Source: Eubacteriales bacterium
GTDB taxonomy: Bacteria > Bacillota > Clostridia > Oscillospirales > SIG627
DNA length: 64,000 bases
Direction of reading: 5' to 3'
NCBI GenBank assembly: GCA_045541915.1
Contig: JAZQJZ010000007.1
Coordinates: 104,759 to 168,758 of the forward strand
The notes beneath the pieces are model-generated. The model was not told the origin of the DNA, searched no databases, and was given only the letters and a program-made list of their open reading frames with translations. Positions 46,820-56,187 of this stretch are shown piece by piece. Made by a program: the position numbers and the translations under genes. Positions within the stretch are counted from its first letter, which is position 1. Every line of letters starts with the position of its first letter.

Positions 46820-47699
46820 ACAGATCGTAGTACTGCTTGACAAAACTTAAAAAGGACAAATCCTCCGGGGTCATTTCCCGGTTCTTTTTATAATAAAGCC
46901 GATAGGACCATCGGCAAGAGGGGGCATTGAAGGGGACAAAGACAAATTCCCGAGAAATGTGATTTTGAGAACGAGTACTTGTCAAGACCACTCCCACATT
47001 CCGGGAAACCAAGGATTGGCAGGTCACTTGGTGGTGAATGAAAAAAACGGGGGCCTTGATTCCTTTCTCTTTAAAAAATTGTAAAAGGCGATCTTGAATG
47101 TTAACATTGGCGCGGCTCAAGATGATCCTTTCCTTCAAAAGCTCCTCCGGCTCCACCATGCTTTTTTGAGCAAAAGGATGGTCTTTGGATACCATCAAAG
47201 CCGGGGAATCCTCAAACAAATAGATGCTTTCGGTCAACGCAATGTAATCATCGGGAAGCTCCCCTTCCGCCGCCAAAAGAAAGGAGGATTTCCGGTACAA
47301 ACCGGAGGGATGATCGTATTTGAGATTGACGGTCATAGTGGAAAAGGGAATTTGAGGATACGCTTCGGAATAGGAGGTGATCAGATCCACAAAAAGATTG
47401 GGTGCAGTGGTGCCTACTGCAAGCTGATTGGCTCCGTTTGCAAGGCTTTCCTCCAGCTCTGTTTTGGCTTCCAGGAGAGTGAGCAGCATGGAATTGACAT
47501 ATCCCAAAAAGATCTCTCCCTGCCGATTCAATTCCAGACCATTGCCTCGGCGAATAAAAAGCGGCATTCCCAATTCCTTTTCCAGTCCCGTAAGGGAGGT
47601 GGAAATGGCCGGGGGCGTCACATACATCATTTCCGCCGCAAGACTCACCTTTCCGGTTTCCGCAACCGCTTTAAAATATTTTAACTGATTGATTTCCAT
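46818..47699 (-). CDS. LysR-family transcriptional regulator
   Basis: N-terminal HTH MEINQLKYFKAVAETGKVSLAAEMMYVTPPAISTSLTGLEKELG. Divergent from the GH28 gene. Confidence 0.9.
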   Translation of the reverse strand: MEINQLKYFKAVAETGKVSLAAEMMYVTPPAISTSLTGLEKELGMPLFIRRGNGLELNRQGEIFLGYVNSMLLTLLEAKTELEESLANGANQLAVGTTAPNLFVDLITSYSEAYPQIPFSTMTVNLKYDHPSGLYRKSSFLLAAEGELPDDYIALTESIYLFEDSPALMVSKDHPFAQKSMVEPEELLKERIILSRANVNIQDRLLQFFKEKGIKAPVFFIHHQVTCQSLVSRNVGVVLTSTRSQNHISREFVFVPFNAPSCRWSYRLYYKKNREMTPEDLSFLSFVKQYYDL

Positions 47700-47870
47700 C
47701 TCGTCTCTCCCTCGTGTTTGCTGGTTTCAGCCTATCACACCAAACCCCGCTTGTCAATTTTTTACCGAATTTTAACCAAATTTTAATCGGCATAAAAAAA
47801 GATTAACTTTACTTTTTTTCACCGGGAAGTAAAATGGTCTTGAAGAAAAGATTTCCATAAGGAGGAAAAA

Positions 47871-49229
47871 ATGAAAGATTTCAACATATGCGATTTCGGA
47901 GCAAGATTTTGTGACTCTCTGCAGACAAAGCCCATTCAGGATGCCATTGACGCTTGCTTTTTGGCCGGCGGCGGCAGGGTGGTCATTCCCGGCGGCATTT
48001 ATCTGACCGGTGGGTTGCGTCTCCGTTCCAACGTTACCCTTTATCTGGAGACCGGTGCCATTTTAAAGGGAAGTCGGAATCCGGAGGACTATTTCGACTG
48101 GATGAAAGACCCCTTGGAGCCGGTGGAAATGGAAGAGATCGTCAAAGACGATCCGAAGAAAGGCCGCAGTGCCGTCTGTACCAGTGACTGGTGCAATGGC
48201 TTGATCCGCGCCATCGACGCGAAAAACATCGCCGTGATCGGTGAAAAGGGGTCCTATATTGACGGAAACAACTGCGCCAATATGCCCAACGGAGAAGACG
48301 GTTACCGGGGTCCGCACGGCATAAGCATCTGGAGATGTGAGAATATCCATCTGGAGGGCTATACCTTCGTCAATTCCTCCAACTGGTGTCACGCCATATT
48401 CCAAAGTCAGAACATCACCGTGAACAATATTTCCGTTCACGGCGGTCACGACGGAGTGGATATCAGAACCTGTGACAATGTTCTCATTGAACACTGCAAA
48501 TTCAATACCGGAGACGACTGCGTGGCCGGATTTGACAACCACGATGTGGTGATACGAGACTGCATTCTCAACTCTGCCTGTCAGTCCCTTCGTCTGGGAG
48601 GAAACAATATCCTTGTTGAAAACTGCAATTCTAAAGAGAGAAACTTCGGCTTCCGCAAGCATCTTTCCGATGAAGAAAAGATCCGGGGCGAATTAACAGG
48701 GGACCACTGCAGAAAAGAGACCATCGTTCCCTTCTCCTATTACTGCGATCACAGAGCCACCCTTCGAAAGCCCGCGGAAAACATTGTGATCCGCAACTGT
48801 CATTTTGCCCAGGCAAGAGAATTGATCCGTCTGGAGTTTGACGGTCTGCACAGATGGTGCTGCAATCGCTCCTTGCGAAGCATCACCTTTGAAAACTGCT
48901 CTGTGGGGGATATCATCCGCGCGGGTATGATGTGGGGCGATGAAAAAGAAAAGGTCACCTGTATTTTCCGCAACGTGAAAATCTCCTGCCGGAAGGGCCA
49001 CGAAAAGGAGCCTTTATTTGTAGCCGGAAACTTTGAAAAGATCGTATTTGAGGACTGCACGATAGAGGGGTATGAAAACCCCCACATTCTGGCCGCTACC
49101 GACGATGTGGTGGAGGTGATCCGTTCCACACCCATTCAGGTGAAAAAAGCCTCCCGTGATCAGTGCCTGGATATCCACCCATGGGGCATCGTGCCAGAGG
49201 ACCGGGCCGCCGGCAGAACCTTTTGCTGA
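47871..49229 (+). CDS. glycoside hydrolase family 28-like (right-handed beta-helix, polygalacturonase-type)
   Basis: N-terminal ICDFGA...IQDAIDAC..GGGRVVIPGGIYLTG and HGGHDGVDI motifs. SD AAGGAGG. Confidence 0.78.
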   Translation: MKDFNICDFGARFCDSLQTKPIQDAIDACFLAGGGRVVIPGGIYLTGGLRLRSNVTLYLETGAILKGSRNPEDYFDWMKDPLEPVEMEEIVKDDPKKGRSAVCTSDWCNGLIRAIDAKNIAVIGEKGSYIDGNNCANMPNGEDGYRGPHGISIWRCENIHLEGYTFVNSSNWCHAIFQSQNITVNNISVHGGHDGVDIRTCDNVLIEHCKFNTGDDCVAGFDNHDVVIRDCILNSACQSLRLGGNNILVENCNSKERNFGFRKHLSDEEKIRGELTGDHCRKETIVPFSYYCDHRATLRKPAENIVIRNCHFAQARELIRLEFDGLHRWCCNRSLRSITFENCSVGDIIRAGMMWGDEKEKVTCIFRNVKISCRKGHEKEPLFVAGNFEKIVFEDCTIEGYENPHILAATDDVVEVIRSTPIQVKKASRDQCLDIHPWGIVPEDRAAGRTFC

Positions 49230-49257
49230 AACAAAAAGCATCATTTGATGTTCAATC

Positions 49258-49293
49258 AATACCCCCCGCAAAACGGGGGGTATTTCATTTTTT
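49258..49293 (+). terminator. intrinsic terminator
   Basis: CCCCCCG-caaaa-CGGGGGG followed by a T-rich tract. Confidence 0.8.
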
Positions 49294-49335
49294 CGATACC
49301 CGAATGAGATTTTATTGTAAATTCTATTACAGTCT

Positions 49336-49543
49336 GCCGCAAGGCGGGAGGCTGATAGCCTCCCCTACGAAATTGCGGAAATCCCAAAGTTACGCCAGAA
49401 ACCTGTTTTTTTGCATCGCCCGGTTTTCTCACCTAAAATCCCAGCTTCATCAAACCATGTAGGGGCCCACGTCCCCGACAGCCCGCAAAATCAGTACAAT
49501 CTCCGGGTTCATCAAACCATGTAGGGGAGGCAAATTGCCTCCC
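49336..49543. repeat. second locus of the GGGAGGC-hairpin repeat family
   Basis: GGGAGGCTGATAGCCTCCC+CTAC at 49346-49368 (+). Inverted GTAGGGGCCCACGTCCCCGACAGCCC at 49459-49484. Inverted GTAGGGGAGGCAAATTGCCTCCC at 49521-49543. CCCGGTTTTCTCACCTAAAA near 49418-49437 is the complement of 22864-22883. Confidence 0.8.
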
Positions 49544-49653
49544 GCGAAGGTTTTGCACTGGGGAAGGCAACTCTTTTTCCATTTTCTCTTTCTTCTCCCC
49601 GGTTAACCTTTTTTTGAACCACGCACCTGACGCGTGGTTTTCCTTTTGCAAAC

Positions 49654-49681
49654 AAAAAAACAGCCCCTTTGCAGGGACTGT
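49654..49681 (-). terminator. intrinsic terminator after the S1-domain gene
   Basis: Minus strand reads CAGTCCCT-gcaa-AGGGGCTG followed by T7. Confidence 0.75.
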
Positions 49682-49685
49682 CTTT

Positions 49686-50603
49686 TCATTTTTCCGCTTC
49701 CGGAGGTGCATAGCAAAAGGAGGCAATGCTTCCGGAGGTAATAAAATACCGGTTTTCTTTTTCCCCGGGAGAAAGGGGGAAGGTATCAATGAGAACCAAT
49801 TTTACCTTCATTTTTTGAGGAATGATGTTTTTTATGTAAACGGCACAGCCGTCTCCCACCTTTACATCTCCGCGCCATTCCGCAAGTCCGGCAAGATTGG
49901 GCGAAAGTTCAATGAAAATTCCATAGCTTTCAATGCTCCGTATGACTCCCACCACCGTCTGCCCCACCTCAAACCGGGAGGCGTTTTCCATCCAGGTGCC
50001 CAAAAGCTCCTTGTGGGTCAGGCTGATCCGTCCCCGGTTTCCCAGGCGAATTTCATCCCTGGCCTTGACAGCACAGAAAATATGCTGACCGATATGGAAA
50101 CGGTCCGAAGGATGTGAGATGCGAGAGACGGAAATGCAGTCAATGGAAAGCAGCGATATGATTCCGCAGCCAATATCGCAAAAAGCACCGAAGGGTTCAA
50201 AATGCGTCACCCTGGCCGGCAAAACATCGCCCTTTTCTTTTCTGTCCAGATATTCGGTCAAGCATCGCTCCTGGGCCTTTTTTCGGGAAAGATACACCAC
50301 CGGCTCGCCAAAATACTCTTCGATCCGATCCACCAGAAAAACACAGGGCTTTCCCACGCGAGTGATCACAGCAATGTCTCGAACCGGCTCCTCTTCTTCT
50401 GTCACGGCGACCTCTTCTCTGGGGAGAATGGCTTTGATGCCACCCAGATCAAACACCAGAGAAAGATCCCGATCGCAAAGGGTGCTTTTGGCTTCCAGAA
50501 TGGTTTTCTCCTCCATGGCCTTCTCCAGATTCGCCAGGGAAGAAAGGGCTTTTTTGTTTTCCGGGGTCAGGTATAACGCTCCCTCGGGGAAAAATTCATT
50601 CAT
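49686..50603 (-). CDS. S1 RNA-binding domain protein (two or three S1 repeats)
   Basis: S1-type repeats (GDVLPARVTHFEPFGAFCDIG, GQTVVGVIRSIESYGIFIEL). ATG 50603 with SD GGAGGAG. Confidence 0.78.
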   Translation of the reverse strand: MNEFFPEGALYLTPENKKALSSLANLEKAMEEKTILEAKSTLCDRDLSLVFDLGGIKAILPREEVAVTEEEEPVRDIAVITRVGKPCVFLVDRIEEYFGEPVVYLSRKKAQERCLTEYLDRKEKGDVLPARVTHFEPFGAFCDIGCGIISLLSIDCISVSRISHPSDRFHIGQHIFCAVKARDEIRLGNRGRISLTHKELLGTWMENASRFEVGQTVVGVIRSIESYGIFIELSPNLAGLAEWRGDVKVGDGCAVYIKNIIPQKMKVKLVLIDTFPLSPGEKENRYFITSGSIASFCYAPPEAEK

Positions 50604-50641
50604 GCTTCTCCTCCAGTTTTTCACTTTGTTTTTTGTTCATT

Positions 50642-50833
50642 CTATGACTCCCGACGGCAGATTATACCCTCCCGGGAAAGAATGCGGCAAACCGCCTCCT
50701 CTTTCTCCGGAACAGGACAAACCGAAAGAGTCCCCTCCGGGGTCCAGAAAAAGGATGCCGCCTCTCCCCGAAGAGATGCCACCGCCCGAGCCGCCGCTTC
50801 CGAGGAGGAAAACCGAACGCACCACTCCGACAA
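50642..50833 (-). CDS. small hypothetical protein (63 aa)
   Basis: TTG start 6 nt after SD GGGAGGTG. Ends about 40 nt before the S1 gene start. Competing overlapping frames look like low-complexity junk. Confidence 0.3.
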   Translation of the reverse strand: MSEWCVRFSSSEAAARAVASLRGEAASFFWTPEGTLSVCPVPEKEEAVCRILSREGIICRRES

Positions 50834-51053
50834 AGCATCACCTCCCTATCAGGATTGTATGCCGTTTTCTTCTCTTTCATTCTCAATGATACCAAAATAA
50901 AAAAAGCCTCTTGCACCACGCAAAAGACTTTCTGTTTCAAGATAAAAAGGAAAAAAGGGTTTTCCCTCGTAAAGTGCCGAGTTTCGATAGCGATCTGACG
51001 AAGTCACAGACCTACCAAGGCCTTGCGAAATAAAATGGTGCGAGACGAGGCGC

Positions 51054-51103
51054 AAAAAGAAAAAGCAGGGGGAGTTTACTTTTGTAAATGACTCCTGTTT
51101 TTT
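51054..51103. terminator. intrinsic terminator after comFC, bidirectional in appearance
   Basis: CAGGGGGAGTTTAC-tttt-GTAAATGACTCCTG (internal mismatches) with an A-rich tract on one side and T6 on the other. Confidence 0.65.
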
Positions 51104-51131
51104 CTGCATTGGAACGAAGTCGCAGCCCATT

Positions 51132-51806
51132 TTATGAAGCAAGAGAGAGAATGTATACGCGCATCGCCCCACACCCTTTCAAAATCCGCGCGCATTCCCG
51201 TGCACTGGCGCCGGTGGTAACAATGTCATCGATGAGAAGGACGGTTTCGCCGTGAAGCGGCCGGAGAGGACGAAAAACACCGTGGACATTTTTCTCCCGA
51301 AGGCGGGAGGGGAGCTTGTGCTGGGACCGGGAAAAGCCGTGACGGGAGAGAAGCGGCTCAAAGGGAATGTTCAGCCGCTGGGATACTTCTTTTGCCATTT
51401 GCTCGGCCTGATCAAACCCGGCATACCGCCGCGCCGAGGCACGGCGAGGAGCAAAGGTGACCAGATCAATATTGCGATAAAAGCTCTTTTTCCAGGCGGC
51501 CCGTTCCAGATATTCTCCGAAAATCAAATGCAGATCGTGAAAATCGTTCCGCTTCCAGTCCAAAAGCATTCTTTTGACCTCCGGAACCTCATAAGGAAAA
51601 AGGGAGAGCATCCGATCGGCAAAGCCATTTCCGCCACGGGCTAAAAACTGCTTGGGAGAAAAGGCCTTCTCCACCCGTTCCCGACACCGGGGACAAAGCC
51701 CCTCCCATCCACATTCACCGCAAGAAGCGCATTTTGGCGGAAAGAAAAAGAAGAGAAGCCTCTTTTTCAGGGAAAGCTTCTCTTCCTTGGAGTCTTTTTC
51801 ATTCAT
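51132..51806 (-). CDS. comFC: ComF-family protein (ComFC-type phosphoribosyltransferase with zinc ribbon)
   Basis: N-terminal CASCG..CPRC and PRTase motif VLLIDDIVTTGAS. Confidence 0.85.
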   Translation of the reverse strand: MNEKDSKEEKLSLKKRLLFFFFPPKCASCGECGWEGLCPRCRERVEKAFSPKQFLARGGNGFADRMLSLFPYEVPEVKRMLLDWKRNDFHDLHLIFGEYLERAAWKKSFYRNIDLVTFAPRRASARRYAGFDQAEQMAKEVSQRLNIPFEPLLSRHGFSRSQHKLPSRLREKNVHGVFRPLRPLHGETVLLIDDIVTTGASARECARILKGCGAMRVYILSLAS

Positions 51807-52666
51807 CCGTTTTTTTCTCCGATCTTTTGACCCATTTTCACCTTTTTTTCATAGCCTTCTTGAGAAAAACGCATCAACTCTCCGGGAAAATTCACAGCGT
51901 CCTTTTCAAACAGCAGAACAATGGTTGAGCCGCCAAATTCAAATCTTCCTTTTTCTTCGCCTCGGGAAAAACGGTGCTCTTGGTGATAGTTGACGATTTT
52001 TCCTACCAGAAGCGCTCCCACTTCCATCTGCACCACATCACCGAAGTTTTCCGTGTGGAGCACGGTATATTCCCGACTATTGGTTTTATAAACCGGATAG
52101 CGCTCATTGGAGATGGGATTTACAGTGTGGAGTTTTCCGGGGATGAAATGGTTTTTTTCTTTGGTGCCGTTGTCAAAATAGCAATAGCGATGATAATCCG
52201 CAACCGTCAGTCGAAACACGGCACAAGTACCACCCTGATACTTTCGATTCAACTCCTCACTTTGCAAAAGAGAGGAAACGGTATAGCAAGAATCCTTGAT
52301 CTGAAAGGTGGATTCTTCCCGGATGGGAAAAACGGAAAGGTAGGAATCGCAAGGGCTGATCAAGCTCTCGGGGTCCTCCGGAATGGGTCTGGCCCCGTCC
52401 TTGAGAGTTCTGGTGAAAAAGTCGTTAAAGGAAACATACTCTCTCTGAACCGCTTCGGAGGCATCGATGTTATTTTTTCGGGTAAATCGGGGAATGTACC
52501 GACGGCTCACTCTGGAATCCAGAATTTTCCCGGCCACCCGGGAAACGCGCGGCTGAATCAGCGCTTTCAGCAAGACTCTTCCGCTTCGGGTGCGATAAAG
52601 CCGACACAGGCTTTTTTTCTGTTCCGGTGGGTAATACCCACGCTCCTGCAATCTCGGTTCCGTCAT
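51803..52666 (-). CDS. psd: phosphatidylserine decarboxylase proenzyme
   Basis: Self-cleavage region FEFGGSTIVLLF, family length, and position adjacent to pssA. Confidence 0.88.
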   Translation of the reverse strand: MTEPRLQERGYYPPEQKKSLCRLYRTRSGRVLLKALIQPRVSRVAGKILDSRVSRRYIPRFTRKNNIDASEAVQREYVSFNDFFTRTLKDGARPIPEDPESLISPCDSYLSVFPIREESTFQIKDSCYTVSSLLQSEELNRKYQGGTCAVFRLTVADYHRYCYFDNGTKEKNHFIPGKLHTVNPISNERYPVYKTNSREYTVLHTENFGDVVQMEVGALLVGKIVNYHQEHRFSRGEEKGRFEFGGSTIVLLFEKDAVNFPGELMRFSQEGYEKKVKMGQKIGEKNG

Positions 52667-52669
52667 AGG

Positions 52670-53296
52670 TTAAAAGCGTCCGCTGCAAAGGATCACACCC
52701 ACTCCCACAGCGATCCCCACAGCCAAAAGGACGATCTTTCCTTTTCCGTAGGGCTTTTTCAGCGGAAACGGTGTTACTTCCATCCCGGCGATCACCACCA
52801 GGCAAAGAGGCGCCCAAACGGTAACAGGAACCTTCAAAACCAAATTTATAAGAAGCAAAAAGGGGAAGAAAATGGAAATGAGCGTAACAGGAAGGCCCAG
52901 GTAATGAGATCGTTTTTCTTCTTTTTTGCGAAGGGTCTCCTGAACATTAAAATACCCCAGGCGAATCACCGAAGAAAGAAGGATCAGCGTGGCGGCGATT
53001 TTGGAAAACAAGCTGGTCTGGCAAATATCCAAAACGATCACTGCCGGCAGCGCACCAAAGGCCACCAGGTCGCAAAGAGCATCGATCTGAACGCCGAACA
53101 GCTCTTCTTCTTGAGTGCGGCGGCAACGCTGGGCGATGGCACCGTCAAACATATCGCAAACGCCGGAAATCATCAGGCAGATCAGAGCGGAAAAAATACT
53201 CTTCTCTCCCCCGCCCAAAACAAAAGCCAAGCCAAAACTGGCAGAAACCAGGCTGATATAAGTCAAAGCAACCGATGGGTTGTAAAAGCCAAGCAT
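52670..53296 (-). CDS. pssA: CDP-diacylglycerol--serine O-phosphatidyltransferase
   Basis: CDP-alcohol phosphatidyltransferase motif DMFDGAIAQRCRRTQEEELFGVQIDALCDLV. The track ORF is trimmed to ATG 53296 (SD GGAGAG). The upstream extension covers the tRNA promoter. Confidence 0.86.
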   Translation of the reverse strand: MLGFYNPSVALTYISLVSASFGLAFVLGGGEKSIFSALICLMISGVCDMFDGAIAQRCRRTQEEELFGVQIDALCDLVAFGALPAVIVLDICQTSLFSKIAATLILLSSVIRLGYFNVQETLRKKEEKRSHYLGLPVTLISIFFPFLLLINLVLKVPVTVWAPLCLVVIAGMEVTPFPLKKPYGKGKIVLLAVGIAVGVGVILCSGRF

Positions 53297-53467
53297 AAAA
53301 TGTCTCTCCTGTGGATCAAACAATTCTTTTTGATTCAAACTATAATATGTCCAAAAGATCCTATTTATTTTACCACAGAAACATTTACCGGTCAACTCTT
53401 TTCCACAAAAATCGACGAAGGAGGAAAAAGAAGGAAGGGCAAAAAAAGATTTTTTCTCAAAAAGAGG

Positions 53468-53496
53468 TTGACATTTCTTTGTGAAATTGCTATAAT
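53468..53496 (+). promoter_or_regulatory. promoter for the tRNA-Leu/tRNA-fMet pair
   Basis: TTGACA, 17-nt spacer, TATAAT, 25 nt before tRNA-Leu. Confidence 0.7.
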
Positions 53497-53521
53497 AATT
53501 AGTGCCGACGTTGCAAACCAC

Positions 53522-53608
53522 GCCGTTGTGGCGGAACTGGCAGACGCAAGGGACTTAAAATCCCTCGGTGGCAACACTGTACGGGTTCGATTCCCGTCAA
53601 CGGCACCA
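53522..53608 (+). tRNA. tRNA-Leu (TAA), long variable arm, CCA encoded
   Basis: Acceptor GCCGTTG/CAACGGC, anticodon stem AGGGA/TCCCT with loop CTTAAAA, long variable arm, T loop GGTTCGATTCC. Confidence 0.88.
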
Positions 53609-53616
53609 TCCTATAT

Positions 53617-53693
<77 letters not shown>

Positions 53694-53695
53694 TG

Positions 53696-53740
53696 AAAAA
53701 ACCTTGAAAACATTGCGTTTTCAAGGTTTTTCTTTTTTTG
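53696..53740 (+). terminator. intrinsic terminator after the tRNA pair
   Basis: AACCTTGAAAAC-attgc-GTTTTCAAGGTT followed by a T-run. Confidence 0.85.
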
Positions 53741-53938
53741 CTTTTTTATGATTTATGGCTCGTTGACGCCAATTTTGACACCAGTTGAGAGGGCAAAATT
53801 GGTATTTTTTATTTGGTACGCATGACCATGTTTAGGATAGACAAATTGCATTTGCAGATTTTCTGTAGTTGAGATATAATTAAAAAGAGGTCAAGCAATA
53901 TTTGCAATTTTGGTGTTTGAGGTTAACTGGAGGTTTAT

Positions 53939-54766
53939 ATGAGTATTAATTTTGATATCACTTCATCTGATAATGCACATGGATTTCTCATTGATACACT
54001 TAAATTGAAGCCAGAAGAACTGGTTATGGAATATTTAGTTGAATGTACCGAGGATGTCGATTTGTTTGTAGAGAGAAACAGACACCGCCTCAAAGATATG
54101 GATATTCATGATGTTCATTTTATAGCATTCCATGTTACGGCTAGTTTAGATGATTGTGCAGAAATCAAAGAAAATGGCATAAGAGATCTTCAGTACGTTT
54201 TGAGTCATAACACAAAGTTGACAAAAAAACTTAATCACATAGATATTAAATTTGACATTAAAAAGCGTTTGATGTATGTAGATGGAAAGTGTTTTAATAT
54301 TGATTATGAGCATTATAGAAAGTGTAGAGTTTTCACTTCTGAAGAAAAGCAGTTGGAGGCAATTAGCCACAGAATCTATTATGATTTTTGTGTAGATGGA
54401 TTTTGGGCAAATGAGCATATTGAAGGATATGGGACTGATATTCATAAGAGACCCGAGTTTATTTCAAAACTAATAGAGCTGTCACCCAAGGCAAAAAAAT
54501 TAGATGCTTTTTGGAGAGACAAAAGCAAGCCATACAAGATTTTCTTTTTTGCAACAGCGGATCAAATACAAAAGTTTACCTTCGATTTAAAAAAGGACTG
54601 CAACCCTTATACGAAAGATGAACAAGAAAGCATAAAGGACTGGATGCTACGGAAAGCTATAGATCAAGCATTTGATTCAAGGGGGGAGGACTATATCTAC
54701 ATTCGCGATTATCAACACATTCCGCCAGAACAAATAATCAAATATGAGGAAATAAGAATAAAGTAA
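53939..54766 (+). CDS. hypothetical protein (275 aa), no recognised domain
   Basis: SD GGAGG 5 nt before the ATG. Upstream TTGCAG-17-TATAAT. AT-rich. Lies between the tRNA and the integrase. Confidence 0.6.
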   Translation: MSINFDITSSDNAHGFLIDTLKLKPEELVMEYLVECTEDVDLFVERNRHRLKDMDIHDVHFIAFHVTASLDDCAEIKENGIRDLQYVLSHNTKLTKKLNHIDIKFDIKKRLMYVDGKCFNIDYEHYRKCRVFTSEEKQLEAISHRIYYDFCVDGFWANEHIEGYGTDIHKRPEFISKLIELSPKAKKLDAFWRDKSKPYKIFFFATADQIQKFTFDLKKDCNPYTKDEQESIKDWMLRKAIDQAFDSRGEDYIYIRDYQHIPPEQIIKYEEIRIK

Positions 54767-54822
54767 GAATAAGCTGTTGGCGAGGAACAAATAATCATAG
54801 AAAAATCTAGTGCTTTTTCTAT

Positions 54823-56001
54823 TCACCCATAAAACACACCCATTTTTTCCATACTAAGCTTCTTGTGATCCGGGAGGGCGTGGGCGTAGAGGTTTAGCGT
54901 GGTGGAGGCTTGGGCGTGCCCTAGGATGGAAGAAAGAACTTTGACGTCCATACCGGCTTCTAGGGCTCTGGTGGCAAAGGTGTGGCGAAGGGCGTGAAAG
55001 TTGATGTCTGCAAGGCCCACGGCTTTGAGAGTTCGTTTGAATAAGTCTTCGTAGGTTCGAGGTTCGTAGGTAAGGCCCAGCGGTGTAGAAAAGATTGGAG
55101 TGCCGGGTGTGATAGAGATTCCGGAAGCTCGGAGTAGCTCTTGTTGTTTGCTATGATAGAGCATAAGATCGTCCCAGACTTTAGGGAATAGAGGGATCGT
55201 TCGAAGGGCAGTTTTGGATTTTGGGGACCTGGTTACAATTTCGGTTGTGGGAACACCTGCATCCTTTGCGATCAAGCGACCGTTGTCATCTACCTTTTGC
55301 AGTCTTCCTACGGTGCGTCGGATACGGATCGTATGATTGACATAATCTAAATCACCCCATTGCAAGCCAAGCAATTCACCAAGTCGGATTCCGGTACTGA
55401 GAGTGAATACGATCCCGAAGGCAGCCGGTGTAATTGATTCATTGGCCGCGCGATGGAGAGCTGCTTGATCTGCCCGGTCAAGAATGGTGATCTCCTTTTT
55501 GGTAACGCTGGGAAGTTTGACGCCCATTAAGGGATTGCGGATCAGGTATCCGTTCATAATCGCTTGGTTCAAGCAGTTGTGAAGCATATTATAAATATTA
55601 CGAAGCGACTTCGGAGAAAGAGGTCGCTTGTCTTTTTGCTTCTGATTGAAGAAGCGTTGGAGCTGTTCTCCCGATAATGCCGCCAATTTGGTGGAGCCAA
55701 GAGCCGGAATCAAATGAAGCCGAGCATAGCTTTCATAGGAAATGTACGTGGACTGTTTTACCGTGGAAAGGGCGTAAGTGGAAAGCCATTCCTGAAGCCA
55801 ATCGGATACGGTGTAATTGGAGGACGACACTCCGATTCCTTTGTTCAGGTTGGCAAGCTTTTCCGTTAGACTTACTCGCACTTCTTCAAACGATGAACCA
55901 TAAACAGCATAGCGTTTCCCGTCTAAGGTGTAACGCCCCATATAACGACCGTCTTTTCGTTTTACAATAGATCCCTCTCGGTTTGCTTTTCTTTTACCCA
56001 T
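54823..56001 (-). CDS. int: tyrosine-type site-specific recombinase/integrase
   Basis: N-terminal SAM-like arm domain (MGKRKANREGSIVKRKDGRYMGRY) and C-terminal catalytic HALRHTFATRALEAGMDVKVLSSILGHAQASTTLNLYAH. The track ORF is trimmed to ATG 56001. GC is visibly higher than in the flanking cargo. Confidence 0.92.
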   Translation of the reverse strand: MGKRKANREGSIVKRKDGRYMGRYTLDGKRYAVYGSSFEEVRVSLTEKLANLNKGIGVSSSNYTVSDWLQEWLSTYALSTVKQSTYISYESYARLHLIPALGSTKLAALSGEQLQRFFNQKQKDKRPLSPKSLRNIYNMLHNCLNQAIMNGYLIRNPLMGVKLPSVTKKEITILDRADQAALHRAANESITPAAFGIVFTLSTGIRLGELLGLQWGDLDYVNHTIRIRRTVGRLQKVDDNGRLIAKDAGVPTTEIVTRSPKSKTALRTIPLFPKVWDDLMLYHSKQQELLRASGISITPGTPIFSTPLGLTYEPRTYEDLFKRTLKAVGLADINFHALRHTFATRALEAGMDVKVLSSILGHAQASTTLNLYAHALPDHKKLSMEKMGVFYG

Positions 56002-56187
56002 AAAAATAACTCCAAACACGTTTTTTTGAATTATAACGCGTTTGGAGTCTTTTGTAAGCGGGGGATAGATCTTGATTAGTTGAACAATATATGAACTTGA
56101 TATTTTCTTTTTGTGAATGCTATTGGCGAATTTTTGGGGTTGTGGTATAATAAGGCAAGAAACGATTTCTAAGAAAGGAAATTTTAA

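Noticed and set aside
50637-50940. Alternative overlapping small ORFs (50637-50825, 50662-50940, 50682-50900).
   Set aside because: They translate to R/G/P-rich low-complexity strings. Only the 50642-50833 frame has an SD-spaced start, and even that is kept at low confidence.
51054-51103. A stand-alone plus-strand small RNA ending at the 51066-51103 hairpin.
   Set aside because: The hairpin has U-rich tracts in both orientations and sits directly downstream of comFC on the minus strand. It is most simply the comFC terminator, and no plus-strand promoter was identified.
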